From Geosiphon pyriformis uo1 (lineage: Eukaryota > Fungi > Glomeromycota): a stretch of 43,183 nucleotides of DNA. The position numbers and the translations under genes are program-made. The notes beneath the pieces are model-generated. The model was given only the letters and a program-made list of their open reading frames with translations. It had not been told where the DNA came from and made no database searches. Below are positions 26,101 to 38,020 of the stretch, in pieces. The stretch's first letter is position 1. Every line of letters begins with the position of its first letter. Location of the stretch: contig JAAOMT010000504.1 of assembly GCA_016748015.1 (NCBI GenBank), positions 1 to 43,183 of the forward strand, read 5' to 3'.

Positions 26101-27879
26101 TGCAAGTTCTGTGTTGGTGTCCTGTTCATTTATTGAGTTCTCCTGTCCGTATTCGGGTTAGTGTATCTAATAACTTTCTAACAGGCATGATTCGTGTTCT
26201 TCTTGGTTGCAATGTGTCTCTGGGTGGCTCTTTGGTCAATTCCTTTCGATTTCGTGGTAGAGTACCAATGTCTACAGTTCTGGGTGAGTTAAGATTTTCC
26301 AGGTTTCTCTCTTCTCTTTGGTGATATGGTATTGCCTTTGTGGATCAACTTCGTGACCGTTATGGTGCTGTTTATGATTGGTATATCTTTAAGTGATGGA
26401 AGAGATTGGACTCCTGTGGCCCTGTTCCTGAGTGGTTCAAACATTCTGTTTTGTTTCTCAATAGTGTGGGATCTTTTTACACTCAGTCTATGGTTTTGGG
26501 TAATGGTGGTCCTTTGAACATTCTTGAATCTGGTGAATATGTGTCTGTTCATAATTGTCTTCTAGTGACTGATGCTAACAGTTTGTCAGTATATACGGAT
26601 GGATCCCTTAGTAATCTTGGCACAGTTGGCTGTAGAGCTGGCGCTGTTGTTTTTTTTGAGGACATTAGCTTGGGTTTGGGTGTTAGTGTGTCAGGTTTGA
26701 TGTTGTCTACTTTGGTGGAGTTGCAGGCTATTGCCTTGGCTCTGGAGTGTGTCCTTTTGTCAAGCTCTGTTTGTTTGTTTTCGGATAGTCAATCAGCTTT
26801 GGATGCTTGCAGGTCAGAGTTGGGTCTGGTGTGTCCCAATTTTTGTAATCAATGTTGGGTTGAACGTCATCATATTGTCAACTTGATTTGCAGTAAGAAG
26901 TTGGGGATCAGTTTTCACAAGGTAAAAGATCATTCTGGCATTCCGGGAAATGAGCATGCTGATGCGATTGCTGGTGCCACTTCTTTCTCCAATTGGTATC
27001 TTTCCCCCCCTCTCCCACTTGAGTGAACGTTTTTTGACAGCTAACAGTGGTATTGTCTCTGGGAATTCAAAACATTTTGTCCATAACATTTATCATTCTG
27101 TTTGTCGTGCACACTGGGAGATTGGTTCTGGTTCTGAAGTTTTGGTGGGAAGTTTGTTTTCCGAGATTGATTGGCTCCATTTGTTATTGGTATGGCATCT
27201 TGATTTGCACATGACTATGGGTTTTACCAGCAGGCTTTCAGCCAGTGTACGTACTTACTTTATGAAGGCTTTGCACCATCGGCTGCCAGTTGCTGTACAA
27301 AAGCGCTTTTATAATAGACATTATCCTAATGTGTTGTGCTTATATTGTGATGAGGTAGAGTTATCAGATCATGCATTCTCCTGCAAGATTGACAAATCTG
27401 CTCGACGTCAGTTGCTGGATTCTCATGTAGGAGTCTAAAAGGTGCTTTCTGATTTCTCTCTTTCTTCTTCAGGTATATTACAATTGTTGTCATCCTGCGT
27501 TTCTGATTCTTCTGTGTCCATGGCTCTTTTTAAGGGCTTTGTTTTCAATGGTTGGTTTCGTGAGGCTGTTTGCATTTTTCATGACCCCAAGATTGCAGTT
27601 TTAGAGATTGTCAAGTTTGTGTGCACTCTTGGTTTTGCTTTCAGGAAGGGTGTCTGGTCAGTTCGTGCTAAGCATCGTGCTTATATAGAAAAAAATGGAT
27701 TGATTCCACTGGATGGTTCGGCCGTCATCTCAGTTCATGGTTTGACTTCAAGGTTTTCTGCAGGAGTGGTTAGGTTACTTGGCATCACTAATGCTTTAGG
27801 TGTTCATTTTGGTTTTCGCAAGTCTTGTTTGTTCTTTTTAAGTTTAGGTAATTCGGTATTAGTTCATATAGCTGTGTAG
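23185..27879 (+). pseudogene. LINE ORF2: AP endonuclease, reverse transcriptase, RNase H, C-terminal zinc finger
   Basis: APE: TCNIRG, GDFN, TIDYVFVS, DTDH. RT: RPIVLIE, DMQKAYDSV, GLDQGEVFSP, FVDD, YLGI. RNase H: VYTDGS, ELQAI, FSDSQSA, HSGIPGNEHAD. Zinc finger CLYCDEVELSDHAFSC. About ten stops and two frameshifts (~25750, ~27010). Confidence 0.95.
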
Positions 27880-28019
27880 TGTTGTTCTGATCAGCCTGAA
27901 TGGCTGGTCACATGTAAAAAGTGCATGATTCATGCCTAGTTTAGATTAATTTTTTGATATATAGCACTAGGTAGTGTTTGGATCTCACTCATTAAGCACT
28001 AATAAAAAAAAAAAATACA

Positions 28020-29500
28020 GTTAATAATTTTTTTTACTTTTAATATTGTTAAATAATTAAGTTAAGTATAATATTAATTTAGTTTTAGTTGATAATTGTT
28101 TAAGAAAATTAATTAATAAGTTTAAACTGGTAATAATATTGTTTGTATTAATAATATTAATTAATAATAATTAATTTAATATTGAGATTTTTCTAAATAA
28201 TAGTTAATTAATAATAATTAATAATAATATTGTTGCTATTATTGCAAATAATATTTATTATTTGGTTTTTGTTAATTATTTTAAAGTTTTTAACAATTTT
28301 TTATTTAATATTTAAAAATTTTACAATAATAAAAATTAAAATTTTAAGATTAATTGTTTTAAAAAAGTGCTAAAAAGTTATTTTAATTTTGATATTATAA
28401 TAGCTAATATTTTTGCTTTAGTTAAATAAAATAGTTATTAATTTTTTTTTCAAGTTAATTAATTTTTTAGTATTTGATTTTTCTATAATAAGTTAATACA
28501 AATTTGTTTTTTTTATAAATATTTTATAAACTTTAATATATTTGGTAAATAAAGTTTAACTTTTTTAATATGTTTGTTTTTTAATTTTGTAAAACATATG
28601 TGTTTATTAAAATAATAACTATTGGTTTTTAATTATTTAATTTTTTAAAAAGTTTGTTAAATCTTTTAAAATAAGTTGTAATAAATACTATTGGTTTTTG
28701 TTTAATAGTTTAGAAATAATTTTAAAAAATAATAAAAGTATTATTATTATTAAACTAATTAATAAAAACAATTTTTGAATATTTGTTAGTTAGTAAAAAA
28801 ACAGTTAAATTTTAACTTTATTCATTAGCATTTGCTATTTTTATTACTTTGTTAAACTATTTTTAAAGACTGACTTTAATATTTTCTCTTAAAAATTCGA
28901 AAATTTTTGTAATATAAAAAGCAAATATTTTTTTTTCTAAGATAGATTTAAAGCAATATTTTTATTTTTATTTTTTTCTTGATTTTTGAAAAAATTTATT
29001 TTGTTCTTTTAAATAATTAAATTAATTCTAATATAAATAAGTTTTTATTGTTTGAATTAAAATTTTTAATAATAAAATTTTCTTTAATATTAAAAAACAA
29101 ACAAATAATAATTCAAATATTTAAAATACAAATTATTTTAAAAAAAATATAAATAAAAATTACTAGTTAATTAAATAATTTTTGGTAAAATTTTTTAATA
29201 TTGAGATTAAATTTCTAAAAATAAGTATTAATTACAAATTTCTTGTTTTTTTTAAATAAAATTTTTGTATTAATTGTGTTTAATTTTTAAGATATTATAT
29301 CTTCTAAAAAAATAATTGTTAATTTGATTTTTAATATATTTATAAAATATTGTTTTAATAACTGTAATTTTATTTAAAATCCAAATTTTTGTTTGTAGTA
29401 AATATAAGATTATTAATAATACTTTAAAATTATTATGTCAAAAACAGTTACTATTTTATATATCTTTTTGCTATTTTAAATTTTTAAAAGAACATTAAAT
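28020..29500 (-). pseudogene. Ancient Gypsy C relic: gag
   Basis: Minus strand YITKIFEFLRENIKVSL*K*FNKVIKIANANE* and TIKQKPIVFITTYFKRFNKL are retrotransposon capsid motifs. Continues the protease relic across the LINE TSD. The far boundary is uncertain. Confidence 0.65.
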
Positions 29501-30329
29501 ATTACTGAAGTTTTTAGTTGTTTTTTTATATTACTAATACTAAATTTTTTATTTATTCTATTGTTTAATAAAAGTTATAAATTTTTAATAAGTTATTTAT
29601 TTTTAAATAAAAAGGTGCATTTTTCGAAAAAAAAGCTCTTTTTTTATATATTTAATTGTAATAATATTTTGAATTTTTGCATTTTTTTAATATTTTTATA
29701 AATTTTTAAAATTAAATACATATCTCAACAAATTATATATTATTTTATTAAAATTTTGAGTATTTTACTAAATTTTTGAATATTTTGGCAATTTTTTAAA
29801 TATTACATAATTTTAAATATTGCATAATTTGATATTGTATTTAGTTATATTTATGTATTATATAAATTAAATTATTAATTAAATGATAATAATTAATAAT
29901 TAATTAATAATAAATAATAAACATAAAATAATATTATGTGTTAATTATTAATAAAAATTATAAAAGTAATTTTATATTGATTAATAATTCAATTTTATTT
30001 AATAATAAATAATTTACATAAATTTTAAATCTTTTATCTTAAAAAATTGAACTTTTTTTAACTTAGCCAAAATAAAAAAATAAAAACAAATATCATATAC
30101 TAGATGTTAATTAGTAATTAAAAAAAAAGTTAGAATGTATTAAATTGATTTTATTTTAACTTTTTTTAAATTAATTTACATTGAACTTACTCTTTTTAAT
30201 CTTGTTTGTTTTTATATATAGCCACTTAGCTTTTATTGTATTCCAAATTCAGACTTATTAAAACCAAATTTAATATTATCATTATAAACATATTTTCTAA
30301 CAGACTTATTAAATTATTATAATATCAGA

Positions 30330-33300
30330 ATTTTTATTCAAAAATAAAAAAATTGAGCAGCAATTAAAAGAAATTTGTTAATATTCTAAAAATTACTATA
30401 ACATAAAACATAATAATATTGTAGCTTATTTTAATCATAACTATCCAAAACTTCATATTTTTCATCCAACTGTTTTTAAGATAATCAAAAAACATGCCAA
30501 ATAGTTGAATATTAAAATTAATGAAATCTCAGAAAGATCTATTCAACACAAAAGCATTAAATTATTAAATAGAACAAGTAATTGCAGCTACTATTAAATT
30601 TAATAATTAACTAATAAAAAAAAAAGAAAAAAATTTGCCAAACTTCTTAGTATACATAAAAATAAAATACAATTCTTAAATAAATGGGTTCAAAAATTCA
30701 AAAAATGAAACCAGTTATATGTTTACCAAATTTATAATAAAACAAGAAATGTATTAACTAAAAATTTATCAAAAAAATAAAGAAAATTAAAAACCATTAT
30801 ATCCGAATTTAATCCTGTTAACATATATAATACTAATAAAACAGGATTATTTTTTTATATGGGACCAAATCAAATACTTAAAAATGTCGAAATACAGAAA
30901 AAAAATTGGTATATTATATTTACTAATTGTTATTATTGTTATATTAAATTAATTGGGTTTTTTATAAAATAAATCTCAGATTACAATTTTTCTTGCTATA
31001 AATTCAATTGGATCTTACAAATTACAATCTTTAGTAATTAGACATACAAAAAATTCAAAATGTTTTAAAAAAAATAATACTTCCAATCTATTTGTAATTT
31101 ACAAATTTAATTTAAAAGCATAAATATACTTAAAATTCTTATTGAACTGAACTAAACTGAACTTTGAATGTTGTTTAAGTTTGATTTGAATTATGAACCA
31201 AATTTGAACTAAACCAATTTTTCAAAATAAGTTTGGTTCAAGTTTAAAGTTTACAAACTTGTTTAAGTTTAATGAAATTAAAAAAGATATAACTTACTTT
31301 GTTTAATTACTATAATCAATTAAAGAGATATATGAAACTATGTATAACAATTTTACTCTTTAACTTATCAAAATAAATTTATTGTCAATATTATTTAATG
31401 TTATTATAAATTCAAAATTCGAAATAATGGAATTTAATAATCCAAATAATCCAAATATTAATATATTTAATAAATGTAGTTTTCAAAGTAAAGTATAAAA
31501 CTATTTTAATAAGTTTGAGTGGACAAAAGAAAAAAAACAGCTAAATATATAATCTTAAAATATGTGTATAAACCATTTTTTTATGGAACTATAGACATTA
31601 CTAAATCTCTATAGTACTATTTAGAAACTTTCTATTGGACAGTATATGTTACAATGAAAAAATATCATAAAAAAAGACAAAATGTTTAGAAAGATTACAA
31701 GTTAATTAAAAAAATGTTTTAATAGATAAGATTACTATTTTTTTTTATGATTTTTAGCCAATTTAACTAGAAAACTGCTTTAGTCTTTTGTAATAACTGC
31801 TATTGATATTGATAATAAAAAACTTTATAATATAATTACTATTTGGCTTATTAACTGCCAGCAATCACTTTTTATAATAGAAAATTCCAAATTAATTAAA
31901 ATATTTTAATATTTAAACTTCACTTCTTAATTTGTTTGTGCTAATACAATTAAAAATAGAATCATAAAACTCTATGTTTTAAGTAAACAAAAATTAAGAA
32001 CAAATATTACCTTTATTATGAAATAGTTTTTTTTTACTCATACTTATAATATAATAGATATATTTAGGTACTATCAAGTCCAAAATTTTTTTTATATTAA
32101 ATTCTGGATATTTCTTAATAACAAAATTTTTGTATTTATTACTGCTTATTATATCAATAAAAATTAGAACTTTCAACAAATAATAATTAATTTTGAATTA
32201 ATAAATAGACAATATAATAGAATAAATATTGTAAACAGATTTTTTAAAGTATTAAAAGATTATAAAATTACATCAAAAGTATATATATATATTTTTGTAT
32301 AAATTTAGGTTAGTTAATAGCCAATGATAAGATCAGAATATTACACAACATATTAGTATTATCTGAAACTTAAAATTATTATAGTGCCTATATCATCAAA
32401 AATTATGTTTTCTTAATATTGGCTTAAATTAATTTTTATTATTGCTTTAGAGCTGAATTTTTGGTATTAGCATTATCTAAGACTTAAAATTATTACAGTT
32501 CTCATATTATTGAAAACGACATTTTTTTAATGTTAGCTTAAATGGTTTTTATCATTGTTTTAAACTGAATTTTTAGCTAAAAACATTAAGAAAGAAGTTT
32601 AAAAAAGAATTACATTCATTCTTTTTTTATATAAGCTTACTATTAATTTTATTAGTTATAAACTAATTTTTTTTAACAGCTTTTTGCTATTATTCTTAAT
32701 AATACTGTAAATAATAGTACTTTCATAAAAGAGTAAGCAAAAAAATTAAAAAAGGAAAACATTCAATAGAATTCAGAAAACTTTTAATTTTAATGCTTTA
32801 ATTATATACTAAACTTGACAATACAAATAGCCTTAGATAAAATAAAAAATAATGTTTCCAAGATATTTGTTAAAAACCTAAACCAAATATATTTACCTAA
32901 AATTTTTCTAATATAAACTTTATATAAATTAAAGATTAAAGAACTTAACTTTGTAATCTGTATTTTATCTCAATGTTTTAAGCTTTTTGAATATGTCTCT
33001 AATATATGTCAAATTAAATATCATAAATTTATTCTGGATTGTCTTACTTAGTAAAATTTTACTTATGACATAAAAATAAGTTATCTCTTAAATTGACAAG
33101 TCATTTATTTTTGATTCTGTATATTTTAAATACAAAAATTTTAACTGTAAATTTATAGACATTAAACACTTTTATTAGCACTCATATTAATTTTTATCAA
33201 TATGTTATTTTACATGATTAGTAGACTGTTTTTGATAAAATTGCTAAATTTTTTAAACTATTTAAGAATATTATGATCAAAATATTAGCCAATTTAAATA

Positions 33301-35376
33301 ATACTGTTTTCTTAATTATTTTTCTCTTTAATATCATTTTTAATTATGTTAAAAATATGGTTAATAATAATAAATCTAATAAAGTATTATAATTTTGATT
33401 GTATTTATTTAATTATTTATTTAATATATTTAATATTAGATTTATTACTTGTTATAGTGGCTAGAGCAGCAAAAGAAAAGTTAATTGAATATTACTTTAA
33501 AACAAATACAATTGTAATGCTTTGAATTGCATTGGATTCAAAGAAAAAATTTTATTATTTCACCAAAAAAAAATTTTTTGATAATAATATTAATAAAACA
33601 AAAGAATTGTAAATTATTAATTTATTTAAATAATTTTATTTTCCAATTTTCACATGATAAATAAATCTTTAAAATACATACTCTCTTTAAAATAAAATAC
33701 ATACTAAATATTATATCAACATCAAATAACAGTTTTTTGTTGAATGGCAATTTTAATGATATTATAGCATTAGTTATACAATTCATATTAAAGACAGACT
33801 TTAATAATAATAAGAAAAAAAAACTTGACAAAATTGATCATTATATCTCTGAAAAAATGACCAATGGAAAAATTGATATAATGACATAGTAAAAAGTATA
33901 TTACAAAAAATATTTATCTAAATTAATATTTAGGCACATTAAACACAATTTTTTTGTCTTGCATATATAATTTATAATTATTTGGCAATCCAGAAATTAT
34001 TTGTTGCTTCTGAACACATTTTTTTGCAGGTAAAAATATGATTACAAATATAAAATTTCACTTAGTGTTTAAAACTATAAGAACAATACAGTATTTTTAA
34101 TTATAAATGTAGAGACCATTGAAAGAAAAATTAAATAATAATATAATAGTCAAACCTAAACATGTTCATGAACTTCAAACTAAACTTAAACCAGACTTGT
34201 TATATGTGTTCAAATTCAGTTTAAGTTTAATAATTTTAAGTCTAATTTAAGTTCAAATTCAAAATTTTGCCAAATTTTCTGTTTAAGTTTGGTTTAGTTT
34301 GATGGTTTGATTGAATTTAAACCAAATCAAACTGAATATTAAAATCTTAAATGTATTCAGATATATAGAAAACATGGCTTAAATATATAAATAAAGACTT
34401 TTAAATTCAAAATTGGCATATATTACTTTAGATTAATAATACAACTTTTTATTATACTCAAATTAGAAAAGATTTATTCTAATTAACCAATATTATTTTG
34501 CACTATTTTTTTCTAAATACACATCACATTTTAATCAATAAATGCTAATATTATCAAATTTTTCAAAGACAAATATAAATATTTATATTTTTACCATATT
34601 TTATATGAATTTGAACAAAAAATTAATATCAAACAGTTAAGTAATATAATATATACAGTATATTATTATTATATATTATATAATTTTATCTAATATTAAT
34701 TTATTTTTTAGAAATAAATTAAACATAAAACAAGTAATTAATTATATTGTTTAATTATGGTTTCAAATAACACCTATTGTAATTTAAAACTGTTGGCAAA
34801 AAACGGATATTCTTTTTTATAATCAAAAATTAGAAATTCAAGAATCCGAAACATTAATTGTTATGAATATATTTAACAATTTATCATCAAATACACAACA
34901 ATTGGTCAAAAATCTCAAAGATTATACTGTAGCAGTTGATAAATTATTGGCAACTAAAAATATTCTTAATAATAATGAAATTGTAGATATATTTTAGCCA
35001 ATGCTTAAATTGAAACCAATACAATTAATAACTTGGAAAAAGAATTAAAAAAATCTTTACCTGCTATAATTACAATTACAGAACATATGAAGCATTAAAA
35101 AAGGTAATTAGATTTAAAAAGCAATTAGCAAAAAAAAATTTTAATATAAAAAACCAAAATTTACTTAGAAAAATATTATAAAAATACGAAAAAATAAAGA
35201 AAGATTCTAAAAAACAGATAACAATTAATCAATATTTTAATAATAATAATAATTGATTAATTTAATAAATAAATATAGTTTATTTGATAATAATTATAAA
35301 ACTCTATGATAGAACACCTCTAAAATAAAGCATAATTTGCATGTCCTAACTGTGTTATTTTATAGAGGTCTGACTG
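30330..35376 (+). mobile_element. pogo/Tigger-like (Tc1/mariner, CENP-B HTH + DDE_1) transposon relic, interrupted
   Basis: KEIC..., WVQKFKK, IYNTNKTGLFF (=YNADETGLF), ITIFLA.NS.GSYKLQ.LVI, KA*I | SDI*KTWL...ILLL. Right TIR ...tatagaggtctgactg then TA at 35377. Left TIR not found. Confidence 0.8.
31131..34349 (+). mobile_element. hAT DNA transposon relic nested in the pogo transposase
   Basis: Decayed 8-bp TSD aatatact/aatgtatt, matching short termini, (A/G)AACT/AAACC subterminal repeats at both ends. ILDCLT**NFTYDI (=DxPTRWNSTYxM) ~33030 and YLAIQ...VASEHIF (dimerisation domain) ~33980. Confidence 0.8.
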
Positions 35377-37244
35377 TATTATTAAAAATCTGTAAAATAT
35401 TTTGCCAAAATTTTCTATTTTTTAAATTAGCTTCTTAAGAAAAATATAAATTAATATTAAAACACAATATAGGTAAAAGTTTTTAATACTCTTAAAAAAA
35501 CTGACTTTTAAATCTATTTTATAGCAATCTAACTAAAACAAACTTTTTATTTTTTATTTAATACTTTAAAATATTAATTAAATAATAACAAAAAAAACAT
35601 ATTATTATTTATACAAGTAGAATAATGTTTTTAGCAAAAAAAGCTATACAATAATTAAACAAAAATACTTAATAGCTATATGAACAATAAACTATAAGAA
35701 TTAATATTTTTTAAATATTTAATTTATAGTATATACTTATTATTAACTATTTTATTTTTAGAATAAGTTATTAATAATAATATTAACTTAATTATTGACC
35801 AAATTATTAATATAATTATTAATTTGACTATTAATTTATTTTTGAAAGTATATAATTAAAACTTTTTAAAGCTATAAAAAATTACTTATACTTAAATCAA
35901 TTTATTTTAAACTAGAATTAATTTATTTAAATAAAATTAATACAATAATATTAACTTTTTTATTTCTTTTTTACTATTTTTTTCAATTTGTATATTGTTA
36001 ATTTTTGTAAAGTATATTGAATAAAATTTTACTTAAAGATACAAAAAATACTTGTTATTAAATCAAAAGTATTAATATAAGACATATAATTATAATAGCC
36101 GTGTTATTTTTTGTTAATACTATAAACTATTTTTTTATTTTCAAATTTTTTTGCTATTTTTTAAAAAGAATAGCAACAGAGATGTTTATAAGACTAATCT
36201 TGTAGATTAAATTTTTACGAATTTAATTCATTTTTTAAGTTAAATTTTTTCTTTGATTGTTTTCTCATTATATAATATTTGTTATTAAATTTTAAAAACA
36301 ATTGTATTATTTTTGTTTTTTTTGTTTTTTGAAATTTTGAAAATGATTCTTGTTTGTTATTATTACTATATAATATACATTTTTTTTTATTTGTTAATTT
36401 GTTACTTTAATTTGTAATAGGATTTATCTTTATTGTTTTATGTTTTTTGTTACTAATAACTTTAACAAATATATACAGAATCTTTTTAATTAAAAACAAC
36501 TATTGGTAAAACTACAAAATGAGTTTAACTCAATTTAATATTTTTAATTATTGTTTTTTAATTTTTTTTTGATTCTTACTTTTCAATTTAATTATTTGTG
36601 CACAAATTCGAAATTAAGATTTACAATTACAATATTATTTTTGGCAAGTTTAATTGTAAAAATTCTGTTAATTTAAATATAAACACAGTTTAAATAATTT
36701 TTTTCTGAACTCTGTTTTTTTAACAGCCATATAAATAATATGAATTGATAGCAAAAGATTTTTTTAGTGTTAAATACAAAGATACAACAATTATTTTTTT
36801 TTATTTTCTATTTTTTAACAGTGTTAATATGTTTTTCATGAAATTTGAATTTCAACTACTTTTTTTTAATATATATTTATGTCACCAACTAAAACATTAC
36901 TGCTTAACAATATTGACTTTATTTTTTTCTACTACCAGAACCTTTTAAGACTTTATATAATATTTCAATAAATTGTGTTTTTGAATAAGAGAAAAAAATG
37001 GTAATATTTTTTTAAAATCATAATTATTTTTACTTTCAGTTTTCCGTTAAAATTGTAATTAATTTTTTTGAATTTTAAAAAAAACTTGTTCATATATTGT
37101 GTATATTGAAATTTTTGTTAAAATACATATTACTATTTTCAAAATAAATAGTAAAATTCGATATTTGTTAAAGGAAACATAAAATTATGATAATAATTAT
37201 TTGATGATTAATAATTTGAAACTAAATTTTCTTATCAATTATCA

Positions 37245-37272
37245 TTATTATCTATTATTATCTATTATTATC

Positions 37273-37350
<78 letters not shown>
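37245..37350. repeat. (TATTATC)n/(TAT)n microsatellite
   Basis: Directly visible, just downstream of the Sel1 gene stop. Confidence 0.95.
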
Positions 37351-37375
37351 TATCATAATTATTCAATTTAAATTC

Positions 37376-38020
37376 TTAAAAACATTCACCCAACTTAACA
37401 CTGTCACAATAAAGTTGAGCAATTGCAAATTTCGCATCAGGATGTCCCAATTCAGCAGCAATTACAAACCATCCAAAACTTTGATTTCTGTCTTTCTTCA
37501 CCCCTTTCCCCCAATAATAAAAATTTGCAATTATAAAAGTTGCTTCGACATTTCCATTTTCCGCTGCCTTTTGATACCATTCAAATGCTAAAGTTGCGGA
37601 TTTCTTTGTACCAATACCTTTTTCATAAAGATATGCTAATTGTAATTGGGAAAAAGTGTCATTTTGTGTTGCTTGTTGATGGTATAATTTGAAAGCTTTG
37701 TTGAAATCTTTTTTGGTTCCAATTCCAAAATGATAAAAGTAGGCTAGTAAGGGTTGGAAATTTGATTGTGAATTAGGATTTAAGTAAAGAAGATAGAATA
37801 TCGTTTCTGGTGATTTTTTATAGGATGAGATATATTGAAGAAGACGAGTTTTTACAAGTTTATCATTTCTACCATATTGATAAAGCTCCAAAAAGAAATG
37901 ATAAATTTCTTTCAAAAAATGAAGTTCATTAAGAATCATTGGATACTGTATTGAATTTGTCTTTTGAGTATTCCTGACAACTTTGGAAGAATTAAATTTC
38001 CACTTTCTTAAGCGAAACAT
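37376..38020 (-). CDS. Sel1-like repeat (SLR) protein, ~214 aa
   Basis: LAYFYHFGIGTKKDFNKAFKLY, LAYLYEKGIGTKKSATLAFEWYQKAAENGN, IANFYYWGKGVKKDRNQSFGWFVIAAELGH. First ATG at 38020. Confidence 0.9.
   Translation of the reverse strand: MFRLRKWKFNSSKVVRNTQKTNSIQYPMILNELHFLKEIYHFFLELYQYGRNDKLVKTRLLQYISSYKKSPETIFYLLYLNPNSQSNFQPLLAYFYHFGIGTKKDFNKAFKLYHQQATQNDTFSQLQLAYLYEKGIGTKKSATLAFEWYQKAAENGNVEATFIIANFYYWGKGVKKDRNQSFGWFVIAAELGHPDAKFAIAQLYCDSVKLGECF

Larger units (their letters stand above)
21253..28010 (+). mobile_element. Full-length LINE (ORF1 + APE-RT-RNaseH-CCHC ORF2), inactivated
   Basis: TSD AAAAATACA at 21244-21252 and 28011-28019, TTT|AAAAA target, poly-A tail, two ORFs. Much higher GC than the flanks. 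Confidence 0.95.

Noticed and set aside
21398-27879. Alternative genetic code or stop readthrough to explain in-frame stops
   Set aside because: All three stop types occur at W/Q/R codons alongside frameshifts, and the host genes read normally in the standard code.
29500-30330. 5' LTR of Gypsy C or left TIR of the pogo element
   Set aside because: Repeat-like texture is present but no termini could be matched.
31135-31275. CRISPR-like array (also 4430-4545, 11660-11780, 34150-34340)
   Set aside because: Units are short, irregular and lack unique spacers. They are hAT subterminal or LTR U3 repeats, and there are no cas genes.
35380-37200. Another transposase relic (possibly Mutator/SWIM) and ORF 36745-36948
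   Set aside because: Too decayed for any motif to be read with confidence.
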